In this document: positions 45,489 through 59,714 of the stretch, piece after piece
Position numbering within the stretch: the stretch's first letter is position 1
Layout: each line of letters opens with the position of its first letter
NCBI GenBank assembly: GCA_048128005.1
Contig: JBEUKZ010000101.1
Location: forward strand, 62,001-126,000
Reading direction: 5' to 3'
Length of the DNA stretch: 64,000 nucleotides
Origin: Veleropilina oligotropha
Lineage: Eukaryota
The notes under the pieces: model-generated
What the model saw: the letters and a program-made list of their open reading frames with translations, nothing else
Told to the model about the DNA's origin: nothing
The model's database searches: none
Translations under genes and position numbers: made by a program

Positions 45489-46434
45489 AGCTCATGCTAT
45501 CTCAAATCGCTAATGTTCCGGCTACTGGCGGTTAGTCCGTAGGATCTCTGTTATCTGTATTCCATAATATCTCCACTCTCTAGGCCTCAAATCAGTTAGA
45601 GCTGTTCTCTCCGATAGGCATGTCAATTCTGTTCAGTTAACGATCATGTTCGTTATATAACTCCATAGCAGCAAGCACAAGAATGATACTTTGTCATCCA
45701 TCATTTGATTAAAATGTATGACAGCCGCTATGGGACTATGATCGAACATAAGCCCGTTATGCATTAAACAACTAAATATTTTTTATTTATCCTGCCTCCG
45801 ACAACATTCTAGTCCATTCATTGGTTACATCACGTCACGTGCTGACCATGTAAAATAACCATATCTAGTGCATCCGTTTCATATCACGTCAACGTAAAAT
45901 GTCCTTGAGTGACCTCGTTTTCCCGCCACCCGTACTCGCCCAGTCATTGGACAGATTTTGCAGAGCTACACCAAGGGTCGCAATGGTGTTTTGATACATT
46001 TTTGTATTATGTTGCTCTATAATGTAGATCATAATACATAATTAGTACGTTGTTGTATTGTGGCATATAACTATTATTACGGCATTATGATTAAATTTGT
46101 TACTTTATTTCCAATACATTTTGTTACGTTATTACCAATATATTTACGTATTTTCGTTTCTCAAAATATTACGTAATAATATATTTGCAGGTCGTCGACA
46201 GGATAAATACCTTACATAGTTATCGCCTCGCCCAATATGAAATTTCCACTGACCCCGGTAAAATCCGTATTCGGTCACTAACAAACTATGTAAGTTATAA
46301 TATGCGATATTCCCAACGTATCCTGCTCGGATAGAGTAAAAAGGAATATTGATTATTAATTAAACGTTACTTTGCATCTCAAATAAATTAGAACTATTCT
46401 CTACGCGAAATGTGCGCATTAATATAATGAAGCA

Positions 46435-46907
46435 TTGTGATCGTGTGATGATATGATGGTGTGATCGTGCGATGGTGTGATGATATGATGGTGTGATGAT
46501 GGTGCGATGGTGTGATGGTGTGATGATGTGATGATGGATGCGATGATGTGTGGTGTGATGATGGATGCGATGATGTGATGGTGTGATGATGCGATGGTGT
46601 GATGATGTGATGGTGTCATGATGTGATGATGATGCGATGGTGTGATGGTATCATGGTGTGATGATGCGATGGTGTGATGATGTGATGGTGTCATGGTGTG
46701 ATGATGGATGCGATGATGTGATGGTGTGATGATGGATGCGATGATGTGATGGTATGATGATGCGATGGTGTGATGATGCGATGGTGTGATGATATGATGG
46801 ATGCGATGATGTGTGGTGTGATGATGGTGTCATGGTGCGATGATGTGATGATGGATGCGATGATGCGATGATGTGATGGTGTGATGATGTGATGATGATG
46901 TGATGGT
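46435..46907. repeat. Degenerate (GAT/GTGAT)n simple repeat
   Basis: Continuous gatgatgtgatggtgtgat motifs; the His-rich ORFs here are by-products of the repeat. Confidence 0.95.
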
Positions 46908-46914
46908 ATCACGG

Positions 46915-47180
46915 TAGCCGCTCCGACAGTTGTGCGTGTTCGAATGCAAACTCCGAAAATCACTGGCGTGATTTCACTAACATAACCTGTAGTGGATTCG
47001 AATCTTGGTTGAGACATGACATTATTTGTTCAAGTTATGATTCACAGTTGTCTGCAACTGGTCAAAAAGGGCTGGTTTAGTCCGCGACTGGGGTTTCTTC
47101 CCGCGATAATACGGACATGTTCTGCTTTCAACCAATGGTTCAGGTTGGAAATATACAGGACATTAAACATCCATCCTTTC
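46915..47180 (+). mobile_element. Diverged V-domain-like SINE copy
   Basis: atttgttcaagttatgattcacagttgtc, ggggtttcttcccgcgataatacggacatg and aaatatacaggacattaaa match the family. Confidence 0.8.
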
Positions 47181-48240
47181 CTCCCTGTCTATCAATCTCC
47201 GTATACATGCTAGAGCGTTTGAGGCTATATGATAGAACATAGTAAATTTAATTGTGGTCCGACACTCGGAGGCCATTTATGGCACTGCGAACCAGGTGCC
47301 CATTTAGATCTCAAAAAGGCTTGGCGAAACCGAGGCACATAGTTTATTTATGCTTATTCAATGTACAAAGGAATTTGCCGAGAACGGGGATTAAACCCCA
47401 TGCATGACAGGCCAGTGCTCTACCATGCACTGATCGAATGGACATATTATCACTGCATTGACTTTTCATAGGTGGGCTCAGATTCAACAAAATAGACATG
47501 AACATGATGATATAAATATGCGGGCATGCTAAATACTATATTTGATATAAAAATTTATATTATGCGAGCCAATACTTATTCCATATGTTAATAAATTTGT
47601 AATACTTTGTGAATTATATTGATATGTGGGATGATAATACTGTTTCTGTTCATTTATTGCTATCACGACATGTTGGTTAATTATCTCCATTTATAATATA
47701 ATGGATCTTAATAATATTAGACTAAAACTTGAATATTTACTCTCAGTGAATGCTATTAATATCCAGATAAATCACTTGGTAGATATCGGTACACCTCAAT
47801 CTTGGTTTTTATCCACCATCATGGTTGTAAACTTGGTGTAGCGAATGGCTGCCAGTCTGCCATCACAGATCTTCCAATACATACAACAGAAAAGCATCAA
47901 TCCGCTGCAGCAACAGATTCTGCAGTGCCTGTGATGTCAGAGATTGCTTGGGTTACACATTGAACATTGTTATCTTTTTTAAAGCTTGATTAATGATGTA
48001 TTACCAAACCCATAGCAGTGTGTCACAAACTACCGTTAATATTCGTATCAATATCATGTGTATATGGCCACCACCGGATCCAACTGTCGCTTCATTGAGA
48101 TGATGACTCTCGATACATGTTCATCTACATACAACATCCATGAATACAGGTCAAATTCAGTTGATGAATGTTGCCTTGGCTCTGAACAGATGTGCTGCAA
48201 AATATTCTACTAATGCTGGGAGCAAGAGGCAATACGAGAA

Positions 48241-48400
48241 AGAGAACCCTCTAGGTCAGGGAGTGGCTCACCAGCAGATCCCATTTTGGCACGCAAGATC
48301 AGGTGATGGAAGAACTGCGGAGGGAAGATGTGGCTGGCTTCAAATACTTCATGAGAGTTTTATCAATCCATGTTTCAAGAAACTTTGGACAGAATAAGGA
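48241..48400 (+). pseudogene. PIF/Harbinger transposase N-terminal relic
   Basis: Reads *VREWLTSRSHFGTQDQVMEELRREDVAGFKYFMRV, resembling the WVR.WL..R...G....LM.EL..ED...F.NF.R motif of Harbinger transposases. Confidence 0.55.
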
Positions 48401-51400
48401 CAATATGCTACAGGAGGGCGCTACCATTCGACTAAAGCAACCGATTTCACCAACAAAGTCCAATGCTTAGACGCAATGCGAAATCTTTTAGACTTTGTCC
48501 ATATTACAAATGCATTTCCCCTACGAAGTCTAAGTCCACATGGTCGAGTCTTGAGCTAGACGCAGTCCTTGATAATTGTAGACACGGTCTAACCAGAATT
48601 TCATTTCGCTAACGTCTATATCTGACAGTCTAAAGTTAGACGAAAAATCATGAATTGATAGACGCACCTCGACCAATGTCTAAGTTCTGAATTTGTATTT
48701 TAAATTATCGAACGCTGACTTGCATGATATTCAGAATTTCACGGCATTTGCTCTAACATTGAGATGAAAACGTGGTAGTTGTGTTTTACGGGAACGTATG
48801 TACTATTTCCGCATTTGTAACGGCAGATAATTTAGGTAGAGATTCTGAGTAAACAAGCAAACAGCAAACTATATAAGGAAGTTCAGACAGATGTATGTTA
48901 TAAAATATCACATTGGGGTGACTTAATGCACAATTCTTTGAAAACCTATAAAAGGTTAGACTCAACATTTTGAACATTTGAACCCTTATAGCCAATACAG
49001 ACACATCGAAATGACTCATATCCCTAAAAATGCTTATTCGACGACAAGGTATACAAATACGTCAAACCATAGTCGTAAAAAATGACCCAATCGGTTGAGC
49101 TACAAGCGTACGGGTGGCCGCTTGCAGAAACTTGACTCTGAACGTTCTGAAACAGTGAAGAGCGCATCACGCGATATAGTATCTGCTGAAGCACATTACC
49201 ACTGATCATATGTATAATTCACATGACGAAAACCTCAACGAGTTCCCTTGGCTGATGAAGATCAAGAAGACGGAGCATACGAGTAGACCTCATCAGTAAC
49301 TGATGATCGACAAGCTCGGTATTGCGTATATTACTGCTCAAAAAGCAGCTAACATCAAGACAGATTCCCAGAAGCACACACGACTAACTGAAATTTTAAT
49401 CCAGTCCAACAAATAGCCGAATATTATTACATGACAATGAGGTAGAAATCCATGAGAGCATAAAATAGTCCATCTAAAAATCTACAATACACCTGCGAAA
49501 ACTCATCAAAGGCAAACATCCACGAATAAACAATAAAGTTGGACACGAACCTCTCATCATGTAAGTGGTATAATACCTGAGCCACTGGTGGCTACCAGCC
49601 TTCCATCTCCTCACGATGTATGCAAAACGGCAATAAAAGATTATTTTATATAATAACATCTATACTACCACACTCGGAGTGTAGTGAGAGGAAATATCAA
49701 CCTGCCATAATCCCAAAGTTATCCTACAAACCAACAGACCAGTTCATGGACAAACATATCATGGAAGTGCGAGAAGCTCGGCCAACCTCCAGTGCACATA
49801 ATAGTGTCCGCTGAAAACATGTATAAAGATGAAAGACAGTTACGCCATCATTATTGAATTGGTTGACGAGATGGTGCACGAACGTTATTCGTTCTCTTCA
49901 ATAACATGGTCAAGCGGATGTGTACATTGTACCACCTATAAATATATGAGTAAAGTTATTTGTCTCTCGAAGTAAGACGTCATACAATACATCGTAAGCA
50001 CTGAAACATTTAAGAATATATGCAGATGTGTAATTTAGTTTGGTGACAGCCAAACACGAGAATACTATAGTTAGGGTAGTTATCTTTACAGATGTCCAGC
50101 AAGCAGTTATGAAATGTAGATATAAAAATCTACCAAGAAATTGTAATTTCATTTAGTACCATCTGCATGACAACAACAGATGAAAAATTTCCAACGACCA
50201 CTCGCCTAATGTTTAAATGTCGGATGCTTTTATACATTGTCAATGAAAATCGAAGTCGTGAATGTACTGGTGATCGGGTCCGAGGAATATCTGGAAAAGG
50301 CTGACACACGCAAAAGAGCGAAGCACGGAGTTTGAAACTCATTTTCATAAGAACAGTCCCTGTCATCACCCACTACTCGAGAACGTTGCATCATCGCGCG
50401 CAGCATTCAAAGATATGTTATCTATAGACAACAGACACAGCACTCACAGACATTTTCATGTTAGGGGGGTATGACCAACAAAGGGCACCTTATTTGTAAA
50501 GAGCGACACTTTTAAATAGCATATTTATAAGCGCAAGATGATCCACGCACGCGCACCAATTGTCATCACAAATAAACCTTACATCGAACACACAGACATG
50601 TATAGCCTACACTGCAAAGAATGTTTGGTATACGCGACACTCTATAGTGGCATGCTAAGGAATTTAATTCAGGGAGGAGTTCAGTTATTAGTCCGGGGCC
50701 AAGGCTCCATAAATGGACTACAAAATGATTTCGTTTACATCATATTTATTGAGTTAACTAACAACGGTGCGCGTGGAGATGGGGCCCCGAGCGCAAGAAA
50801 TTTTGTATACTTAATACTGTGAAATAGCTTCTGCGTTCTGAAGCTACGATTAGATGTTTTAAGGGAGTCAATTACGCACCATTTCTTCATTCATTGTATA
50901 TTCAAGTGTATTCTCTACCTATGATATAAGAGGGTGGTGGTGGGCGCTAAAGCCAAGCCATTCATTATATCTGACAGAATTAGTAAACTTATATGATTTG
51001 TTCGGATCGATTCTTTATGTCCCATCTTACCACCTTCGGGTTCATACCAGGACACAAGAACATTATAGCATCATAGTATCGCGAGAGCAAATCCTGAACA
51101 CGGGGAGAATCTGCCCTCGCCGACTGGTAACTGTTATGGACAATAGTTTCTGTTATTTCAACAAAGTGCCTAGCCAAGCATCCGAACCCACTCTTGTTAT
51201 ACAATGTAGTCTTATTGACAACCAACGCTCTTATCCACCCGAATTGGAATCGAAACTTTCGATTTTCCTTCGGATACAACCCCCATCTCTGATCTGACAA
51301 AATTCCGAATGCTTTCCACTTTCTTCATTGCTATGAAGGCGCTTTCTTGAACCTCGCATGATTAACAGAAACACACGCAAGGAAACGTCGAAGTGCAACT

Positions 51401-51431
51401 TTCAATGTTTTAAGTATTTGCATGGGCATAT

Positions 51432-54400
51432 TAGTCAGGGCCCTTAGGGATATTTTGGTTCAAATTCTTCCAAAGCCACCAAATTTGGCCCAGATATTGC
51501 CCATGCCACACTCTATCGATTTTTGACGGGCGCCAAGACGTGCGCCCCCCGGGGCCGCCATATTGGCGAAATACAAAATGGCCGCCACCCGGATTAGAGG
51601 AAAAAAACAAAAAGGTTGGAACCATGGTATGATACCACTTTTCAGGGGTTTACGAGGTCGAGAAATCTAATTCTGATGTTATTTTGATGATTTAAGGTCA
51701 AGGTCAACCCCTCAAGGTCTTCTTAAAGGTCATTTTTCGGTCAAAATAGTCATTTTTAGTGTTTTTGTCAAGATTTACAAGCAGTACCTCAGTTTATCTG
51801 CCTCCGGGTAGTGAAATTTAACCCTGACTTTGATGAGATGTTTCAAGATAATTTTACATGCTAGGGTCATGCATTATAGAGAACCCATGAACCAGAAATT
51901 AAGCAGAGCTCGTCATATTCAATAATAGGTAAAAAACGAAATGAGTTAGAATCACAAATGATACCACTTTTATTTGAATTACGGTATAGGAGAATCCTAT
52001 TCTAAATTTATTTCGTCGCCATCATTGTTAGTGCACCCTCCTTCGCATTGGCAGAGGACCGTACATCGGACACCAGCACGGTTGCATTTACACCTTCCCA
52101 TCCAGCCCTTTTGCAACCACAGTGCAGGAGAATGGCACATGCCACTGAAGCATCGCTGAGTGTGGTCCATAATGGTTGCCAGTTATTGCTGCAATCCTTT
52201 TGCCAGCCCCAGTCACTGAAGTTAGGGATTTCCTGTTGGACTGTGGTGGCCTGATTCCAGTAGATACTCGCCTGTAGTAGAGCTCCCTTCACATGCTGAA
52301 ACAGCGCGGCTTGGGTAGGTGGGATGTTTTCCAGTGGTCTGCTTCCAGTGGTGAAGGGCCGATGCCTTGCTTCGTTGACACTGGCTGCACCACAACCCTT
52401 GCTGTACATTAGTATGACAAACCCTTCAATCTGCTGCATGTGTATGTACTCGATTGTGAAGAGGTCAGGGTCCTGTGTGAGAGCCACTAGTGTGTCGGTG
52501 AGGTCAGGTAAGCTGGTTCAGGCCGCCCAAGCTGTCTTCGTACCACATCCAATAATCTGTGAAGTCGTGTCACAGCCACTTAGGCTGTGGAAGAGGGGTA
52601 GTGCCAAGGACTTTGACGGACCGAGATTGGAGCAGATAGTATGGACTGGAATGTCACGGTACTTTTTCCTGTTCCGAAGCCCACCCAGAGCTCTGATAGG
52701 CCAAAGGTCTAAAAAAACCTGACTGCCAAAACCACGACATCACTGTCCACTGTGCGACCATAGGCTATTATATGGCCCTGGTCTGCAGCATGTGCTAGAT
52801 GCAGGAGGATCCTGGTGTCAGCCTCGATATGGTTGCTTGGCTGAAGTGTAGTAAGGTCACAATGTCGGTTGGATAGCACGGTTTTGAAGTGGGTACTCAG
52901 GAGGAGCTTTCCACCCATGTCAGTCTTGGAGATCTGTGTGCTGATGAATGAGAACAGCTCCCTTTTGTTCTTCTCATTTTTTAGGAAACCACTGTTCCAT
53001 TCACGCTTTGGGACTAGGGTGCTGCCATCGCCAACTCTTGTCCGTGGGCCATTCCCACGACGTTGCTGGGCGAGCCCTTTGAGATTATTTTCCTCTGGGT
53101 AATTATCCCATACAGCGTCGATGCGTTGGGCTCCGCTCTTCATTTGGGCCTCCAGAAATGGTACCATGTGTAGTGACACATATTCACTGAATGTCTTTGC
53201 TGTTGTTGGGCGCACCATGTGAATCGCTGCTGCCATATCCAGCACCACGACTGTTGCTTGTTTCGCAGCAGCTGCACGGCCAGTCGGGGCAATGATGCAT
53301 TGCAGAATATCAGACTTCGTCCCAAATCGCAGCGACCCTCGGTCAGCCAGGCTTGGTGGTTCTTTCTGATTTTCGAACCTAAAGAAGTCTGCCATGTCAG
53401 CATCAGGGCGGAACTGCAGTGAGAGAAAAAGCTGTGTGACCAAAACCATGTTCTGCCTCTGTACACCACTGTCCTTCCTGCGTTTGTTCGGGTCACAGAT
53501 TTGAGAGAGAGAGGTAGCGACGGTCTGTTCCATGACGTTTTGTGTATCTAGTGAAGCAAGCTCCTGGCTTGTTGCAAGGAAGGGGTTGCCCAGTTGCTCT
53601 ACTACCTTAACAAATGATAGTATATCCTTCTGAAACTTGACTTGCAAACAGTGTCCTTCCTCATGATGAGCAGTAGATGGGGATGAAACGTCTTGTGCAG
53701 CCTCGAACTCCTTAACCATCCGCACACAGTCGGGTCCAGCAAGCATGTAAAGTGTAAGAGTCTCTGGGTTCTCATAGAGACCAGTCGCTCCGCCATGTAC
53801 CTGGAGGCTTTTGTGGGACTGTTCATGGGCTTGGTCCTTGGCCATCAGGCTGATCTTTTTAGCTGATTTCTGAACAACGAAATTGCCCTTCATGAATTCA
53901 GCATGTACTTCAGGGTGTTTCTTGCCTAGCTCTACCATGTCACGTACGTGTACTGGCAACCAACGCGCATAGTTTGTGTGATCCAAGGCGTGAAACCAGT
54001 CACACAGTTCGTCACATGCTTGTACATACAGTGAGAAGTCCCCCTCCCTCAGGGATCTGACAAAACGAGTCATAAGCAGCTCCAGCTCGATTATAGTTGA
54101 TCAGTACTTGAACTGCGGAACACTTTGGGAACGTTGATTCCACATATGGAATGACTCTGGTGGGCCCATTACACTCTTGCAATACTCAGAGTAGGCGGTC
54201 TGCTTGAGCACAGAGATATGAGAGAAACCTGATGGGCATACCTTGTGCGCTTGATGTGATGCTCATTGAGTGCAGACTGTGCACGACCAGATGTCAGGTT
54301 CTCTGCCTGAGAAAGTACTGTGACCCACCCTGAGTCACGCAGCAGCTTGCCTATCATAAGATGCATTTTGTCCTCGATGTGCAGTGCACCCATCATAGCC

Positions 54401-55269
54401 ACCAGCTTGTCTTCTCCCAAAGTGTCTGGGAATTGCCATTGGATGAGTTTGATGATAGCATACAGTGGCTGATCTGCACCAAGTACGCTTGTATGGCCCG
54501 GGTTGAGGAATTGGGTGCCCTGCATAGCCAGCTCCATTGAATGCTTCATTGAAGATGCGGATGCGGCCTTGTCTGGGAAGAGTGGGTAGATACCAATCTC
54601 CGCAGGGGGCTTCACGGAACTGTCACTTGCTAGGGACGAGTTGTACCCTGACCAGGTGATGATGTCACTCTCTGCTGCTGGATCCTTGTTCAGCACCTTG
54701 GAGACGTGTGCCATCCACGCAAGATCCTTTGCCGTGGCACGTCAAGGGTTGGTCTGACTTTTCTGATGCTGGGTTTCGGAGCAAAGACATCAGTTTGAGT
54801 GCGTTCGACTGGTGGCTGGATCACATAAGAGTCTGATAACTTGGCATAATATGGCATACAGTTCATAAAACATTAAAATCCGTACATTTGTCATTAGACT
54901 GAAAATTAGGAAACAGAAAATTCAAACTCCGACATGTTTGACCCAAAAATGACCTTTAAGATGACGTTTATGGGTTGACCTTGACTTCAAATCTTAAAAA
55001 CAAAATCAGAATTGGATTCCATGACCTCGAAAACCCCTTAAAAGTGGTATCATACATGGTTCCAACCCTTTTGGTTATTTAACTGATTTTCCTCTAATTC
55101 GGGTGGCGGCCATTTTGTATTTCGTCAATATGGCGGCCCAAGGGGGCGCCCGCCTTGGCGCCCGTCAAAAATCGAAAGAGTATGGCATGGGCAACATCTG
55201 GGCAAAATTTGGTGCTTTTGGAAGAATTTGAACCAAATAGCCCCAAAATATCCCTAAGGGCCCTGACTA
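51432..55269 (-). mobile_element. Academ (AcademX-type) DNA transposon, internally deleted
   Basis: TAG...CTA termini, about 300-bp imperfect TIRs (tagtcagggcccttagggatattttgg...), and a 3-bp TSD TAT at 51429-51431 and 55270-55272. Confidence 0.92.
52008..54714 (-). pseudogene. Academ transposase, XPG-like nuclease and Cys8 zinc finger, frameshifted
   Basis: Motifs ADQPLYAI, MGALHIE, DHTNYARW, DQAHEQ, HIEADTRILLH, TVDSDVVVL, GCDTTS, IPPTQAALFQH and a C-terminal CGCK cluster, spread over ORFs 54169..54714, 52709..54073 and 52008..52487. Confidence 0.9.
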
Positions 55270-56441
55270 TATGTAGAAAGTAGACCTAAACTCCACTGCA
55301 GCCACTGTAGACTGCCCTAAGTGTGTGTAAAGTTGAAAGGGAAAATGGACGAAGGAGCGACGAGTCTGACCTTAAAACTATGACCGATTTCGCTGCCTGA
55401 AACAGGAGGATTGGTTTCACTAAATCAGTGTTTTGGGCGCTGAAATGGACGTAATATCATTAGCCATATCGCGCCCTAAAACGCGTTTCCCGCCCTAAGC
55501 CAACTTAATGGGAAGAAGACATAAAACTTCTATCTAAACAGCGACAAGTAAATGGGGAAAGGGGACATGGGAGAAAGAACATATATCCTTGATTATGCTA
55601 AAAACAATGTTAGTCAAATTCACCTACAGTATTCAGCATATGTATGCGAGGGCACTTCTAGCCAAAATTTTAGGGAGGTAAATAGGCCTACCCCCTTACC
55701 CACCCACCCCCCGGTCGCGACGGCCATGAACCCACCAACGTCATGCTAGGGAGCCGATATTCGGTATAGGGGTGTGCTGCTGATCATTATGCAGAATCAG
55801 AAATCCAAGGAATCCAGTGGAAATAATATATCGCATTATTAAAAAACAGCTGGTGCTACAGCCTTTGCTTTGCAAACGTTTGCAGACGAATGAGAGCGCG
55901 TGCAAGGGGGGTGGCTGCGATACTATATTTTGCTTGAAAGCAAACGAAATAATGTGCTTCCTACGTTTTAAGCGGGCGCGTTCTGTTATTTTCGTGAACA
56001 TTTCGACGCTTTTCAATAACTATTGAGGCGTATTATAATATTAATAATGACAGGTTTATGAATATTGAAACGAACATTCAAGGATTCGCGCTAATGTCTA
56101 GCAGGCAAAACATTATCACGTTTCACATACATCTTTCACGTATTCACTTTTTATTTGAGAGAAATTCACGTCTCACGCACATCTCTTTTTCACAGGTTTA
56201 CGCAGTTTCTTTCGGTGTTTCCCGTTTTCACGTTTTAGTATATATCTAATCACGTTTTAACGCACAAACCCATTACCACCCCGTATAATTGTCCAAGTTG
56301 TGAACCAGATCCAGCATGCAACGAATATGAGGTACTGCTTAAGTCCACAGTTACAGATAATGACGTGTTTTTCGGTTCTTCGCAACTGGCGGTTACCAAC
56401 ATATACCAGGAGACTTTGGCTGTGCAATTGCAGCATCAGTG

Positions 56442-57780
56442 TGCCTCATAGCACCCCATGATAGCGTTATGTCTCATAGCACCCCATGATGGCGTTATGC
56501 CTCATAGCACCCCATGATGGCGTTATGCCTCATAGCACCCCATAATGGCGTTATGTCTCATAGCACCCCATGATGGCGTTATGTCTCATAGCACCTCATG
56601 ATGGCGTTATGTCTCATAGCACCCCATGATGGAGTTATGCCTCATAGCACCCCATGATGGCGTTATGTCTCATAGCACCCCATGATGGCGTTATGCCTCA
56701 TAGCACCTCATGATGGCGTTATGTCTCATAGCACCTCATGATGGCGTTATGTCTCATAGCACCCCATGATGGCGTTATGCCTCATAGCACCCCATGATGG
56801 CGTTATGCCTCATAGCACCCCATGATGGCGTTATGTCTCATAGCACCCCGTGATGGCGTTATGTCTCATAGCACCTCATGATGGCGTTATGTCTCATATC
56901 ACCCCATGATGGAGTTATGCCTCATAGCACCCCATGATGGCGTTATGTCTCATAGCACCCCATGATGGCGTTATGCCTCATAGCACCCCGTGATGGCGTT
57001 ATGCCTCATAGCACCCCATGATGGCGTTATGTCTCATAGCACCCCATGATGGCGTTATGTCTCATAGCACCCCATGATGGCGTTATGTCTCATAGCACCC
57101 CATGATGGCGTTATGTCTCATAGCACCCCATGATGGCGTTATGTCTCATAACACCCCATGATGGCGTTATGCCTCATAGCACCCCGTGATGGCGTTATGC
57201 CTCATAGCACCCCATGATGGCGTTATGTCTCATAGCACCCCATGATGGCGTTATGTCTCATAGCACCCCATGATGGCGTTATGTCTCATAGCACCCCATG
57301 ATGGCGTTATGTCTCATAGCACCCCATGATGGCGTTATGCCTCATAGCACCCCATGATGGAGTTATGCCTCATAGCACCCCATGATGGCGTTATGTCTCA
57401 TAGCACCCCATGATGGCGTTATGCCTCATAGCACCCCGTGATGGCGTTATGCCTCATAGCACCCCATGATGGCGTTATGTCTCATAGCACCCCATGATGG
57501 CGTTATGCCTCATAGCACCCCGTGATGGCGTTATGCCTCATAGCACCCCATGATGGCGTTATGTCTCATAGCACCCCATGATGGCGTTATGTCTCATAGC
57601 ACCCCATGATGGCGTTATGTCTCATAGCACCCCATGATGGCGTTATGTCTCATAGCACCCCATGATGGCGTTATGTCTCATAACACCCCATGATGGCGTT
57701 ATGCCTCATAGCACCCCATGATGGCGTTATGCCTCATAGCACCCCATGATGGCGTTATGCCTCATAGCACCCCATGATGG
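56442..57780. repeat. 28-bp minisatellite, about 48 copies
   Basis: Unit tg(c/t)ctcatagcaccccatgatggcgtta repeated head to tail with no spacers. Confidence 0.97.
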
Positions 57781-57849
57781 TACGCATAATCGGTGAAGCT
57801 CTATCATCTCTTAGCAACACTACGTCGTTATGCTCGGTACTGTGGGTAT

Positions 57850-58035
57850 ACAACAAGTAACGTTTACACCGCTCTGGTGGGTTTCCTGATGTAAGAAGGT
57901 GCATTACTGGTACACCATCAGCATTGATTATCCAACGTCCAACCGTCTGAAAACTGCTAGACACAGAAAGACGCTACCATACAACCGAACACGCGACATT
58001 ATTGAAATGGTGCTCGGTGTTTTGAAAAGATTATC
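57850..58035 (+). pseudogene. PIF/Harbinger transposase catalytic-domain relic
   Basis: GGFPDVRRCITGT resembles GFP.V.GCIDGTH, and RTRDIIEMVLGVLKR resembles RTR..IE..FGVLK.R; the region between them is mostly deleted. Confidence 0.5.
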
Positions 58036-59177
58036 ATGTATCAGCTTTTTAGCTCCTTGTGCCGTAGTCAGCGGAGCTTTACTGATACCGCTTTGTCCGG
58101 CGTCTGTCTGTCCGCCGGCATCAACTTTTGACTTGAAATGTGAATATCTTCAAAACTGTCAGATAACTTTTTTTCTACTTTGGCATGAGCCTTCCTTGTG
58201 ATGTTCTGAACATATCCTGAAATTATTAGAAAATTCTACGTCGCCATTTTTCTGAAATATACCTTTCTGAACTAAGAAAATCTGCTTATGTGAGATCCGG
58301 GTTATCACCGGTAGAGGACGTACGAAGACCTTGTCTTATAGTCAGGATTTTGTCCTCAAAATAATAACAAGCTATTTGCAAGTTATTTGACAGAGGTACT
58401 ATGGCTTGGAAATTTGCTTGCTTTCTTTCTTCCGAGCAACGAGTCAATGAAAGTATGCAATTTCCTTGCACTTCCCTTGCATTCCATGATCTTATCTCAA
58501 CACAATTTTCATTTTCCTTCCCGTATAGGGTTATTCACGTCTTTTATCGATATTCTATAAATCTGACGATGAATTTCGAGACGAGTTTTACGCCACTGCC
58601 TCTCTGCATGTCGCCTTTTTGTCTTCAGTTGGGATATGATCTTAGTAAAAACGTTTTGACTTTTTCCGGTGCATGATTATCCAGCAATGAGTGTATCATT
58701 GTACTATGCAACTAGATTGTCGACATCTGGAGATGGATGGCGGACAACATGAGACTTGGACAAATTGAGACGAAACGTGTCCATGGCAATCTTCTTGATA
58801 AAACGACAGGATTTTGTGACTCTGGGATGGTCTGGTTTGGGAACCTTTATTGACAATGTCAGGAATGCATGATCAGACATCTGCCTATGTGAAAGGCGAG
58901 AGCGGGGGGTGGACATTTCTGATTTTGAAGGCGGCTAGAGCAGGTCGAGACGTCGCCGTATATGTTTGGCTGGCTAATGGTTGAAACAACAGTAACAAGA
59001 ATTCGAATGCAACAAAAGTTGCCCGTGTGCGGACACCTGACGAATTCTCGTTTACGACTAAAATTGCTCGTCGCAAGCGACAGAAGTTGCTCGTGTGCGG
59101 CGGGGATTTATCTATCGTTGCGAAGCGAATTTAATTAAATGATCAATCATTTTCGAGGTTACCGTTATAAAAGTTAC

Positions 59178-59393
59178 AATTCTTGATATCAAGAACTCGA
59201 ATTCTTGATATCAACAAATCGAATTCTTGATAGGTCTATCAAGAAATCGAATGATTAATATCAACAAGAATTTGAATTTTTGATAGTCTGTCAAGAATTC
59301 GATTTGTTGATATCAAGAAATCGAATTCTTGATATGAAAAATTCGATTTCTTGATGTCTAAAACTGGAATAAAAAGAACAATGGCACCCCATA
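59178..59393. repeat. Array of palindromic ttcttgatatcaagaa motifs (MITE-like subterminal repeats)
   Basis: About 8 degenerate copies of (aa)ttcttgatatcaagaa(ntcga), followed by atggcaccccata. Confidence 0.7.
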
Positions 59394-59714
59394 CTGGCAT
59401 AGATGTCTATCGAGATGATAAAGCGTCACAGCGGTGACGATAGAATTTAGCATGACCTCGCCGGCTTTCCGTAGATGACTTCGAGATACCGATATGTTTA
59501 TAAACAATCGAGATTTGTCGCACATGCGCGAATCACTCCTGGCAAAAAGTACTTCCGGCGTTCGGATAAACACTGCATGTTGTTGGTGTCAGCAGTCAGT
59601 GCGTTACCGAAATACTCAAGTAACTTATAAACCAATACGAATTATTGCACCACAGTGATGAATAAAATATCGCAACAGCGGTCACAATTTGAAATTGAAT
59701 CGAGCGAACACAAT

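Noticed and set aside
46419..47017. His-rich proteins
   Set aside because: These are translations of a (GAT/GTGAT)n simple repeat.
49130..49830. Decayed LINE or Penelope coding remnant
   Set aside because: The A-rich composition is suggestive, but no diagnostic motif could be read.
56442..57780. 28-bp repeats as a CRISPR array
   Set aside because: Units are contiguous with no unique spacers, there are no cas genes, and the context is eukaryotic.
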